NCBI RefSeq assembly: GCF_964355755.1
Contig: NC_092676.1
Span: forward strand, 27,794,871-27,858,870
Source of the DNA: Antedon mediterranea
Lineage: Eukaryota > Animalia > Echinodermata
Direction: 5' to 3'
Length of the DNA: 64,000 nucleotides
Shown here piece after piece: positions 1 through 10,440 of this stretch. Every line of letters starts with the position of its first letter. Positions within the stretch are counted from its first letter, which is position 1. The notes below the pieces were generated by a model that ran no database searches, was not told where the DNA came from, and saw nothing but the letters and a program-made list of their open reading frames with translations. A program made the position numbers and the translations under genes.

Positions 1-1260
1 CTTAGTACGTCTAGTTCATGATATGTGTGCTGCAGCTGAGGAGGCTCATAACATAGGGACGGTTGTCCTTACGGACTTCACTAAGGCCTTTGATCGAATT
101 GAACACAACACCTTAATCAATAAAATCATCGACATTGGAGTCCGTAGGTCTATCGTCCCTTGGATTTGTAGCTTCCTCAGCTGCAGAGAACAATGTGTAA
201 AATATAACAACTCCCTATCAAGTGCTATCACGTTAAAAGCTGGTGTCCCCCAGGGGACCAAACTTGGTCCCATTGCATTTCAAATCATGATCAATGATGC
301 TGTTAAGGGTGCTAAAACGAATGCTTTAAAATACGTTGATGACCTATCTGTTTATGAAAATCGTAAGATAACACAACCAGGTCACTTGCAGCATGATCTT
401 AATGAGTTTCATGATTGGTGTAAAAGGAATATTATGGACCTGAACCCTGCTAAATGCCAGGCACTACAAATATGTTTTAGTAAAAGGAATATTCCTGAAA
501 ATAAAATTTATATCGGGGGTAACGAACTAGCATTTGTCACTCATGCTAAAATACTTGGAGTCACGTTACAAAATAACTTAAAATGGGATAAGCATATTGG
601 GGATATTGTCCTCAAGGCTAATAGGAAGCTTTTTATTTTAAGGAGTCTAAAGAAATTTGGCTTCAACCCTGATGAACTATGCTCTGTCTACTGCGGGTAT
701 ATTAGACCCCTCCTTGAATATGCCGATGTTGTATGGCACCCCGGCTTAACCAAATCGCTTAGCAACTCTATAGAATCTGTCCAACGCAGAGCATGCCGTA
801 CCATATTGGGAAGGGATTTTAGTTCGTATGACAAAGCTCTAAAGGTCTGTAACATCTCATCCCTTACTGATAGGAGAATAGCTCACAGTCTCAAATTTGC
901 CAAGGGAATATCTCAGACTGTTCATTCTGCCGATCTTTTACCGGTGACACGGTTTGAAAGTCATGGGAGGTTGCTCCGTAATAGTAATAACATTTCACAA
1001 TTACCATCCAGAACCGCCCGTTTCAGTAACAGCCCAATCCCTTATTTTATCCGCCTGCTTAACGCCTGATTTTCACTCATTTTTGTATAATTTATTATTT
1101 TGTATGTTTCTATTTTGTATATTTTTATTGGTCTTGGTACATGCATGTAAAAGTTACCCACAATCTGGCCTTTGGCCACTAGTGGTAACTTGTGGCATGG
1201 TGGTGTCTAATGTTTTTTTTTTTGATGTTTTATATGAAATAAAAGAATAATAATAAATAA
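1..1260 (+). mobile_element. LINE 3' end: ORF2, about 190-nt 3' UTR with stem-loop (1150-1191) and (AAT)n-like tail
   Basis: AAGTTACC...GGTAACTT stem enclosing a TGGCC-TTT-GGCCA hairpin; tail aataaaagaataataataaataa ends at 1260, directly against a MITE-A internal sequence. Confidence 0.85.
2..1069 (+). CDS. C-terminal part of non-LTR retrotransposon ORF2 (reverse transcriptase), CR1/L2-group LINE; open from window start
   Basis: Uninterrupted frame with RT motifs DFTKAFD, GVPQGTKLGP, KYVDD, LNPAKC, KILGV and the post-RT RPLLEYADVVW / IESVQRRA region typical of CR1/L2-type elements. Confidence 0.93.
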   Translation, partial: LVRLVHDMCAAAEEAHNIGTVVLTDFTKAFDRIEHNTLINKIIDIGVRRSIVPWICSFLSCREQCVKYNNSLSSAITLKAGVPQGTKLGPIAFQIMINDAVKGAKTNALKYVDDLSVYENRKITQPGHLQHDLNEFHDWCKRNIMDLNPAKCQALQICFSKRNIPENKIYIGGNELAFVTHAKILGVTLQNNLKWDKHIGDIVLKANRKLFILRSLKKFGFNPDELCSVYCGYIRPLLEYADVVWHPGLTKSLSNSIESVQRRACRTILGRDFSSYDKALKVCNISSLTDRRIAHSLKFAKGISQTVHSADLLPVTRFESHGRLLRNSNNISQLPSRTARFSNSPIPYFIRLLNA

Positions 1261-1340
1261 TATCACTACCATAGTTGAGCATATCACTACCATATTTGGG
1301 CACATCACATGTTTTTTGTCAAAGTAGTTTGACATTGTAT
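1261..1340. mobile_element. MITE family A, right part only (interrupted by the LINE)
   Basis: TATCACTACCATA...GGGCACATCACA...TTTGTCAAA matches the family-A internal and right arm. Confidence 0.75.
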
Positions 1341-1543
1341 TCTATAAAATGTTTTTACACTTATTTTTATGTATAAAAATTTATTTATATTTTGCTAAAA
1401 GTGTGAATCTTCAATGTATATATTATGTGGTGAAGGGGTGTGTGTGTTGCAAAAAAATTAACATTCCATTTGTATGTTATAAATATTGTTTAATACTTTG
1501 TTTATTGTTTTTTTTTAACTTTGAATAAAAATGTATTGTGTTA

Positions 1544-1691
1544 AGCTCTGTCTACATTATCAATCTAGTTTGACAAAAAAAGTGTGATGTGCCTAAATAT
1601 GGTAGTGATATACCCAAATATGGTAGTGATATGTACATCATATCCTTATATATTTTTTTGTCACATAAAGTTTGATAGTGGAGACAGGGTT
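1544..1691. mobile_element. MITE family A (TIR AGCTCTGTCTACACTATCAAACT, about 150-175 bp, TAA/TTA flanks, PIF/Harbinger-like)
   Basis: About 21 full or partial copies: 1261, 1544, 2071, 3581, 20227, 20984, 21448, 23628, 26811, 27876, 32055, about 33500, 37874, 39647, 42472, 45363, 47844, 54661, 55825, 61831, 63442. Confidence 0.85.
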
Positions 1692-2199
1692 TTACGAGGA
1701 GTTTTGAATTTACCCTCAGTTGTCATTGAGGTCATTGAACGCCGCCGTTGACCTACGTACTCGCATTTTGTCATACAAAATGAATGCAAACATCTCATTG
1801 ATGACTTGTCTTTAGTGAATAGTAGGTGTCCTCGGCATGCTAGTGTAAACAATTGCTTTCAGTCAACCAAGCTTTTAGATGTGAATATGTATAAGAAAAT
1901 ATAATGTAGTATTACGTAATAAATAAATTTGATTTATTATATGAAACGTAATAATTGTATTTGAGAATAAGAATAATAAATATTTATTAGACATGTTTCA
2001 GGGTTAGAAATGATGCAACTTTATTATTAAAAGACATTAAAACAATGTATGTTTGTTTACCTTTTATTGAAGCTCTGTCTACACTATCAAACTTTATGTG
2101 ACATAAAAATGTGATATGGACATGATGATGTCATATCACTACCATATTTTTGGATAAATCACTATAATATTTGGGCACATCACACTTTACACATGTTGC

Positions 2200-2720
2200 A
2201 CCGCAAGATTTCAATTGCTCAACTATAGAGGACGACAAACTGAAACACTGACTCGCTCGGGCTCGACTCACAAGCGAGTGGTGGCGCTGTTTTTATTTAC
2301 GGTAAATGTCATACTTGTTATTACTTTGTTTAGTTCATATTTACAAGGACAGAGATAAGAAGAAGGGTACGTTAGGTAGTAGGATAGCCTGCACTATGTA
2401 GGCTTCTATTCTACAACACTGTATTAGCTTGTTGGGCGCTAAATTGTTGGAGGCTGCTTACATATTCTAGCGCCACTGTAGCTAGGCCTAGCTAGGCCCA
2501 GGCCTAACTAGTGAGGCCTATCTATCCCATCCTTCCAGGCGGTCAGTGTACGCATTCAACGCCATAAAACATCACTAATCACAGAGGGCGGTCTTCAGTT
2601 TTGGAATAAATTTTTAAAATAACATTTTATATTTATTATAGAGATAGTACAGTAGATTATTATGTCTAGATCTAGGCCTAGCATATATATATATATATAG
2701 GAATCGTGCCTAGATTCTTG
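2200..2720 (+). promoter_or_regulatory. Probable TYSND1 promoter, non-coding first exon (donor about 2367) and TAGGCCTA-rich start of intron 1
   Basis: Locally GC/CpG-rich; candidate donor AGG/GTACGT at 2367; TAGGCCTA palindrome cluster 2480-2700; downstream acceptor at 2822. Confidence 0.5.
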
Positions 2721-2847
2721 GGCAAAATGAATCCTACTGTCTGCTGCTGGTTGCATATGGATGTATGCGAAATATTAATTTATGTGATTTTTTTTACATT
2801 TTTCTTCACTTAAAAATTACAGAATGGTCGAGTTTAAGAAATGAAAA

Positions 2848-3380
2848 ATGCAGTGTGACGAGAACTGTATAGTTTTAGTCGACCGACTAGAATCGTCTTT
2901 ATCATTAATCTCAGCCGATTCGTCGTCAAACTTCCCAAGTAACAGTCAAAGCGGTATACTTGTAGACTACGAAAATGGATTTGTCATCACCAGTGCGGTA
3001 CTCTTCTCATCCAAAATCGATAAACAAAAGTTGGCAAATAATTTGATCAAATGTTCAAAAGATTTTGAAACAATTAAGATAACAGTTATCCTTCAAAACA
3101 AATGTTGTAAAAACGATCAAAAAGAATTTATTTCTGTTGCGGGGAAGTTGATGTTAATATGGAGTTGCATGGAGTTTCAAAATGTTATGACGACACATTT
3201 TTCAGAAAGAGACGGCTGGCAATTTGAAAAATATCAGGAGAATGAGATTTTGAAAGAGAGGTCAAAAAATTCACTAATAGAACCAGTAAGCTTAAAGTCA
3301 GAATTTGAGGAAAATGAAAACATAAATTTACTGTTCTGGTTTGCTTTGATAAAACTAGACTATAATGAAAAAATAAAAAG
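2848..3380 (+). CDS. TYSND1: TYSND1 coding exon 1
   Basis: Acceptor AG at 2821-2822, SQSGILVD motif, donor GTAGGT at 3381 (phase 2). Confidence 0.85.
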
Positions 3381-6300
3381 GTAGGTAAAACATTTTCAAA
3401 TTATAAAATGTTTCTATAGGTCTTTGGCCTACCTCATTATTTATTTCTGTCTTTTCCATGATAACAATATTAGTATCAGTGGCAGTGACTTAAAATTGAA
3501 AATTGTCCATAGAAAGGCAAGCAAATAGAGAAAAAAATAAAATTGTATTTACTTTGTTTTAAAATTTTGTATGAAAGTTAAGCTCTGTCTGCACTATAAA
3601 ACTAGTTTGACAAAAAAAGCATGATGTGCCCAAATATGGTAGTGATATAATGACCAAATAGGGTAGTGATATGAAATCATCATGTCCATATATGGACACA
3701 TCACATTTTTTTGTCGCATAAAGTTTGATAATGTAGACAGAGCTTTATTCACAAGGTCTTGTGGTATTATTTATTGTTTTAGGTTTGGGAACCAAGTAAC
3801 ACATTACTATCCATCGGTGAACCTTCGTCAGGGTGACGCCTTACTAGCGAGTGGTACACCGTTCGGTGCTCTCTGCCCACCAGTTTTCATGAACAGCGTG
3901 AGCATGGGAATTGTGTCGAATTTAGCCGGAAAGAAAAACACACTGATAATGACAGACGCCAGAGTGATGCCAGGTTCAGAGGGAGCAGGTGTGTATGTAC
4001 TTCCACATGGGGATATAAACAAAAGGTTTGACAAAATATAATATTAACTAAATAAATTTATTAAAATTGACATATTTAAACTGAAATTCATAATGCTGTT
4101 TATTCAATTCGATAAAAAGATATATTACATAGGAGCCCGAAGGTTAAATTGCAAAATATACTACAATTATTTAGTTAAAAAACTTTTTTTAAATATTACA
4201 ATACCATCAAAAGAATACAAGAATACAACCAATCCAATAAAAAAATAGTTTAAATCTGGATAAAAGAGACGCACAAAAGCACAACAGGATAATAATAAAA
4301 TAGAAAGTTGCACAGGATTCACTGAACCACAAGGATAAAGACAGTACAAAAAACTGTAACAAAAAACAGATATGCACAAATCTATCTCCACTCCTTTGAT
4401 ATTATGTTTGTCGCTAAACGTCTTGTGTAATTTCTAGAAAGCTCGCAGCAATGATTGTCAGTCCTGTATCTTGGAAATCTGATGAATGGATTGGTCTAAC
4501 TCTTGCAGTCTCTATCTCCGCTCTTTTAGACTCGTTACAAACTCATCTACAGTTACCTCATAATTTGTTGATGCCTGCGGTTGATGCTGAAGTCAACCAA
4601 GGTATGATGTTTTCATTTAACTTTGAACCTCACATAATAATATACTTTCTGAATTAAACTGGTCTGCGGTATGTGTGTGGAACCATTGGTTTGAAAAACG
4701 GGTTAAACCAGCTCCTGAATATAAGTAAGGAAAGAGCTGAACCACAAGACCACAGTCCCACTTTGGTGGCAAAAAGTATCCTAAAAGTTTAATGTCTATA
4801 GCAAACAAATTGGGCATAATATCTGTATATTGTGGCAACCCGAGGTCAGGCAATTATACAGAGAACATGTTTTACAATACAAGAGATGCCGAGTTGATAA
4901 TTAAAGACAGAGCATACACAAAATGGCTTAGTTGTAAATTGTTATTTAATGTGTTATTCAATATAATTATAGTCAACATTACAATTACACTTCTTCCACC
5001 ACCTTCTCTCTCCGCCTTCTCATCCTATACTTGCATCTTTCCTTCAAGATACCTTGGTCAATTTAAAATGCAATGCCAACATTTATTTTACTTCTAGCTT
5101 GCTGGACATCTGAAATTATGAATGCTATCAACTCTGTGGTATATGTTCAGGTTGGATCAATATGGGGATCAGGGGTTATAATTGATGGGGTCAAAGGTTA
5201 TGTATTGACCTGTCGTCATGTAGTGAGGAGCAGTAAAAGAGGAGGTTGGTATTCCATTGTTTTATAAGTACAGTTTTTATAGTAAGAAAATAACTGGTTA
5301 CTTTAATTTTTTTTAAACATGAAAAATTCCAATAACCAGTTCATTAGCATTCTCAAATTAAAACTGTCAAAAACACCCAATTGATTAAATGAAACTCATT
5401 TTCTGGTTGTTATACTGGAGCTTTTGGCATCCACAATTCATTTGAAACTTTTTGTATTTTCAGTAAGAATATTCAGTCGGTACCCTAGCCCAAGGTGGCT
5501 AGCAGCTGATGTGGTCTTCTCTACCTGCCCTAGTTCCCCTCTAGATTTGGCTCTGCTCAAGCTACAGAATTGTCCAAAAGGCCTACCAGCGGTGAAGACC
5601 TCAACAGATGCCTCTAAAGGTATTTCTTCAATTTCAGAATACATTGTATATGATTCATTGGTACAGTTTTTGTATGTGGGCCTCATCAATTTTTAGTTAA
5701 ATTCAATCCATTTAATTTTTCTTAACCATCACAACAAACAGAATCTTACTATGACATACAAATAGATCACATTTCTTTTTGTATATTTTATATCGTCATA
5801 CATCAATACTATAATCACATATTAACCAGATTTAAATTCTGTGCATATTAAATTAATTGATTGGGTTGCTTCACATAAAGACCATTAATAATAACTAAAC
5901 GATTTTGCTTGTAAATTTCTAATTAATGAGGAAAACGTGTATCGTAGAAAATGATTTAGTATATATTACAGTAGAATAATTACCATTTCTGTTCCTCAAT
6001 CTTGGCATCATAAAGCTTGGTTCCCACTAGAACGTAACGCAAGGACGTAAACGCAACGCAAGCGTTTTAACCAATGACAAGTGAAGTTATAGACAGTTAG
6101 CAATCAAAAGCGAATAAGCCATCGCTTGTGATTGGTCAGTTCACTTGCGTTGCGTTACGTCCTTGCGTTGCGTCGCTATGGGAACCACGCTTTACTAAGT
6201 CTATTGCAGTTACTGTAGTTAACTTTATTTACTGTTTTATGCAATTTTGTAATCATAAGCACCTCATAAACTTTATATTTTTTATTAACTACATTATAAA

Positions 6301-7311
6301 CTACATAAAAAAAAATCACTACATTACTGCAGTAACAAAATATAGTTACTGCAGTACTGTAACTGCAGTAGATTAAATTTTGACATGAAATTCTTTTTTT
6401 CTTTTTTTGGTGAAATTCTGTAATAGATATGTGTGATAATTCATAATTGATTATTATTGAAGTAAAGTTGTTTTTTTGTTGTTATTTATCAGGTCAGAGG
6501 GTGATTGCGGTCGGTCACGCTCTGTTTAGTTTTGAGTTACAAAATCAGCCATCCGTTACATCAGGTGTCGTGTCAAACACTGTCACGTATAAAGATGAAC
6601 TTGTTATGATACAGGTAAAAAGGAAATTATGATTTTAACCAATCAACTGAATTGATTTTAAACAGCAATCATGATTTTAACCAGTCAAAACTTTATTTTC
6701 AACCTAGTTTTGATAAATTTCTAATTTATTTTATTTTTATTTATTTTCTTATTTTTTTGGAAGGATAACACTGTCCTTTATTTATTTTCAGTCTACGTGT
6801 GCTGTACATGGTGGTGCGAGTGGTGGCGCCCTACTATGTGCGGAAACGGGACAATTTATCGGCATCATTGCAAGTAATTCAAGAGACATTGAGAACAACG
6901 CATCATTTCCACATGTTAATTTTAGCATACCAACTGCTATGTTCTGGTTTCCTATTACATCTTATATAAGCAGCAAAGGTAAGTATATTACTATACAACT
7001 TTCTGTGTTGTGATAGCTTCCGTTACCACCCCAATTAAAAAAATTCCCTTTCTTATATTTTCTTTGCTTTTTCTAGAACAAAATATTATATTATATGGTG
7101 TATTTTTTTGCCTCTTGTATGTTTAGCACTTTTGTTCTCCATGACTCGTATTTTTTTTTGTTAAATACAAAAAATGCGCAATATTCGGATAAAAAATCTT
7201 TGATTACTTACAGACTCCAGTGTTCTTGAATCGTTAACAAAAACTGAAGTAGAAATAAAACACTTATGGCAACTTGATGCTTCAAAAATCAACATTATGA
7301 GTAAACTATGA
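2848..7311 (+). CDS. TYSND1: Peroxisomal leader peptide-processing protease (trypsin-domain serine protease), 8 coding exons, about 549 aa
   Basis: GT-AG exons 2848-3380, 3783-4025, 4438-4601, 5098-5244, 5464-5619, 6493-6614, 6792-6978, 7214-7311 join in frame (1650 nt). Motifs GTPFG..F.NS.S.GIVSN, TDAR..PG.EG, WGSG, LTCRHVV (His), PLDLALL (Asp), VHGGASGG (Ser), FPHVNFSIP; ends in PTS1 -SKL*. Confidence 0.92.
3581..3744. mobile_element. MITE family A copy in a TYSND1 intron
   Basis: Both TIRs present. Confidence 0.85.
3783..4025 (+). CDS. TYSND1: TYSND1 coding exon 2
   Basis: GTPFGALCPPVFMNSVSMGIVSN...TDARVMPGSEG; AG/GT boundaries in matching phase. Confidence 0.9.
4438..4601 (+). CDS. TYSND1: TYSND1 coding exon 3
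   Basis: LAAMIVSPVSWKSDEWIGLTLAV; tttctag acceptor, GTATGA donor. Confidence 0.88.
5098..5244 (+). CDS. TYSND1: TYSND1 coding exon 4 (catalytic His)
   Basis: SVVYVQVGSIWGSGV...LTCRHVV. Confidence 0.9.
5464..5619 (+). CDS. TYSND1: TYSND1 coding exon 5 (catalytic Asp)
   Basis: ADVVFST..SPLDLALLKL; ttttcag acceptor, GTATTT donor. Confidence 0.88.
6013..6192. mobile_element. MITE family B (TIR AAGCTTGGTTCCCACTAG, near-palindromic, about 180-205 bp)
   Basis: Other copies at 19510-19643, 26614-26762, 28112-28295, 28297-28480, 28564-28744, 33955-34055 (half), 37329-37532, 38056-38197, 38566-38774; degenerate near 7800, 19400 and 26960. Confidence 0.85.
6493..6614 (+). CDS. TYSND1: TYSND1 coding exon 6
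   Basis: GQRVIAVGHALF...PSVTSGVVS...VMIQ. Confidence 0.9.
6792..6978 (+). CDS. TYSND1: TYSND1 coding exon 7 (catalytic Ser)
   Basis: STCAVHGGASGGAL...GIIASNSRD...FPHVNFSIP; not in the ORF track, read by hand. Confidence 0.92.
7214..7311 (+). CDS. TYSND1: TYSND1 last coding exon with PTS1
   Basis: DSSVLESL...LWQL...IMSKL*; TGA at 7309-7311. Confidence 0.9.
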
Positions 7312-7436
7312 GGTCAAAGTTGACTATGAGGTCAAATTCGACAATGAGGTCAAATTCGACTATGTCAAACTAGACTATGAGGTCAAAGTTGACTATGATA
7401 AAGTTGATTATAAGATCAAAGTTAACTATGATTATG
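7305..7436 (+). repeat. 18-bp minisatellite ACTATGAGGTCAAAGTTG (about 7 copies) beginning in the last codon and stop of TYSND1
   Basis: Direct reading of successive units. Confidence 0.9.
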
Positions 7437-8531
7437 ATTTTATCATCAGTGGAAACATTCACATTTGTTTAATTTCAATTTACAAAGAAAATTGTCTTGC
7501 TCTGAGAGATAAAATAATGATAAAAACAAGTTACAAAAATACATTCACTTCTGATGATTTTTTTGTTTGAAACTGGACATATTATCAGGATTTTTACATT
7601 TTAGCAACACAGAATGCATTAATTCAGTCATGGTGATGGAGATGGAATGGAGATAATTAATTTTTAATTAACAAATAATATATTGAATTATATGATCATT
7701 TTACGAGGAAATTTCCGGGTGATTAATTATATTTGTAAAGTGGATAAATTTCAGGTTATATATAATATATATAATTATGGAAACAGTTGTATAACATTTA
7801 AGCTAAGTTCCCACAAGAGAGCACAAGTAATGTGACCAATCACGATGAATTATTCAAACTCCCCATTGGTCAACATTCGATAAAACAGCAAATAGTGATA
7901 CTTGTAAGTTGACCTCGTCATCCAATTTTTAATATTTTTCGTTTATTTATTTTGTTTTTGGTGTAAATCTAAATTGAAAATGTAAGGTTAAATATTACCT
8001 TTCGTGCAATACAGCATTTGATGACGAAAAAGCAACACGAATGAGTCGGAATTAATATAATAAATAAAGTATTTCACAGCAATTATAAACACATATACGT
8101 ATTAAGTGATGGTGTGTCATTAAATCTGTTGGTAAGCTTTTTAATGTTGTCGTGCTTGTATCCCTGGAGTAACATTTTCGTACGATCCCACACTGTCTGT
8201 GCATGAGCAGCGGAGTATTCAAACTAATGAGTCACTCTATCGACAGATTAAAAGCAAACGTTGTTTAGCTTCGATAATGCTTGACAGTTTATGGTAATTG
8301 TACCACGGAATAACGTGTGAAAACGTGCTAGAAATTACAAAGTTAAGAACGTGCTGGTATCTTTGGAGACGTTCCGTGCTATGATTTGGTAGTACGCAGT
8401 ATATGAGTAGTTTAATTTTATTATAAACTATCGAATAAGCGGAGCATAAAATTTCTGAAATGCGTTGAAATACGCGCGCTGAAATACACTCCACCCAGGC
8501 CCATTCCCCCACCCATTCCTCAACCTCCCCC

Positions 8532-8688
8532 AGCGAATTCCACTAGGCGAATTTGTTCGCGCGAATCGAAGGCGTCAGCTAATACGCATGCGTAGAGAAA
8601 GATTTGGAAGATGTAAACATGAATACACATGCGTACAAGCTGGCGCGTTCGATTCGCGCGAACAAATTCGCCTAGTGGAAAATCGGCT
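8532..8688. mobile_element. Palindromic MITE (arms TTCCACTAGGCGAATTTGTTCGCGCGAATCGAA)
   Basis: Perfect inverted arms of about 33 bp at 8538 and ending 8680. Confidence 0.8.
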
Positions 8689-8866
8689 TAACACATGAAA
8701 TTAAAACAAAAACATCACCTAATTTTATTTATATTGTACAGGTACGTATTTTATCATAATTAGGTACGTCAACGTACTTTCGCATTTCTAATAATCGCGA
8801 CAGTGCATGCGTACTTTTTACATTTAATAAGCTTTGGCGAGCTTTAGTTTTGCGTGTTATTATTAA

Positions 8867-9201
8867 AGAATGTCCCCCTAAAAAATTAATCAAACATTTT
8901 TTTTGGAATATGCCATTTTAATGTCACATAAGAGTTATTCTCTTTGACCAAAAACTGGATCGAACAAAAAATTATTTACCTGAAAAAAAGTAATTTAAAG
9001 CAAAAAAATACTTAATTGTATCAGATGGTTTTTAGTTTAAATTAACCCGTTTATTTTGTCTTTTTATAGAGGCCTAAAGTGAAATATTTATATTTGTTTT
9101 TTCTAAATAAGGGAATAACTTTATAAAACTGAAAAATGGCCTATTCAAATTATGATTTTAGTAATCTTTATTTTTCAAGTTTTTCGGGGGACAATACATC
9201 T
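8867..9201. mobile_element. TTAA-flanked non-autonomous DNA element (Kolobok-like ends)
   Basis: TTAA-AGAATGTCCCCC ... GGGGGACAATACATCT-TTAA; the same right end recurs at about 50030-50049. Confidence 0.55.
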
Positions 9202-9329
9202 TTAATTGTTTTGTATAATATTTTAACCGATTGTGCTGTTTCCAAAATCAAGTCTGGCGCCCTCTTTTATAAACCAGAGTTGATGCTGCATTCACTACAT
9301 ACCGATCATAATTTTCATCTGTTGTTCTA

Positions 9330-9680
9330 ATCGCCGAGCACTTTCCGAGAGGCAGTTCACCTCCAATAAGTCTGCAGCAAAGCTGTGTTGCTTGCAACTA
9401 TCTTTAACAAAGTAGGAGCTTAATTCGAAATTGTCCGGCGTTGTTGCATTGATAGTTTGCAGTTTGGCTCTGTACTCAAAACAAAAGGACTAAACATTAT
9501 TGCGAACGAGCAATGTGTTTCTTAGCAACGTCTTCAGGCAATTACTACACACTTAATGGAAGTGCGGCAACGCGCGCGTAAAACAAGTTAATTGCGCGTA
9601 CGTCACGTTATCCCCCTCACGTTTATTTCACACAAAATTCAACACGCGAAAGTCGATGAGCAGCTGCTGCGATCTGCTAT
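9330..9680 (+). promoter_or_regulatory. Candidate channel promoter with RFX X-box-like motifs
   Basis: GTTTCTTAGCAAC at 9517-9529, GTTGCTTGCAAC at 9387-9398, CpG-rich patch and TACGTCA about 270-490 nt upstream of the ATG. Confidence 0.45.
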
Positions 9681-9872
9681 CTTGTCGTTCTTGTCATCGT
9701 ATTAGAGTCGTATTTTTCGGAGACGATTGTGGTTAAAGTTGACGTATTTTCAAACTGTTGAAGATGAACGAAGTATTTTGAGAAAATAGAATAATATTGA
9801 AGCTGAAACCGGATTGTAAACGATGTAAATGGAGAGCGGAAACAGTGAGTGAAATCAGCCTGAAAATTCTTC

Positions 9873-10440
9873 ATGATGACAGACATGAAAAATTCAAACA
9901 ACAACCATGATTCTTCAACAATATCTGCAGCAGAGACATCTTCTTTGGAAGTTGATAGCTGTACAACAAGTACAGCAGGAGGCAGGAGAGTTAACACTAA
10001 TCCTAGCAGACACTTTTATTTATCACCTCACACATTTTGGATGCAAAGATGGGAAGCCTTAGTTGTTACCACCGTAATTTTTACCTCCGCATTAGAAGTT
10101 TTCATAGCAGTTTTAGATTCGCGGGTCTTGGGACTGTGGGTTTTTGTCTACCTTTGTGACTTCATTTTTATCATTGATATTGTCCTGAGATTTTTTGTTG
10201 GATATATGAAAAACGGGATTTTAATCTCAGATGTTCGTCTCATTCGCAAGCATTATCTACGAACAACATTCATACCTGATATTGTTTCTGTTCTACCATT
10301 GGGTTTGATAGTTTTGGCAAAACCTGGAATACAAGTAGCTGATGGTTTTGTTACCACGCTTACAAATATCGTACCAAAACTTGCCCAATATCGTTGCATG
10401 AACCGTTTGCTTCGAGTTTATCGGATAGAATCCTATTTTG
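9873..10440 (+). CDS. CNGK: Channel exon 1: N-terminus and repeat-1 S1-S4
   Basis: RWEALV (S1), YLCDFIFIIDIVLRF (S2), DIVSVLP (S3), YRCMNRLLRVYRI (S4); donor GTAAGT at 10441. Confidence 0.9.
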
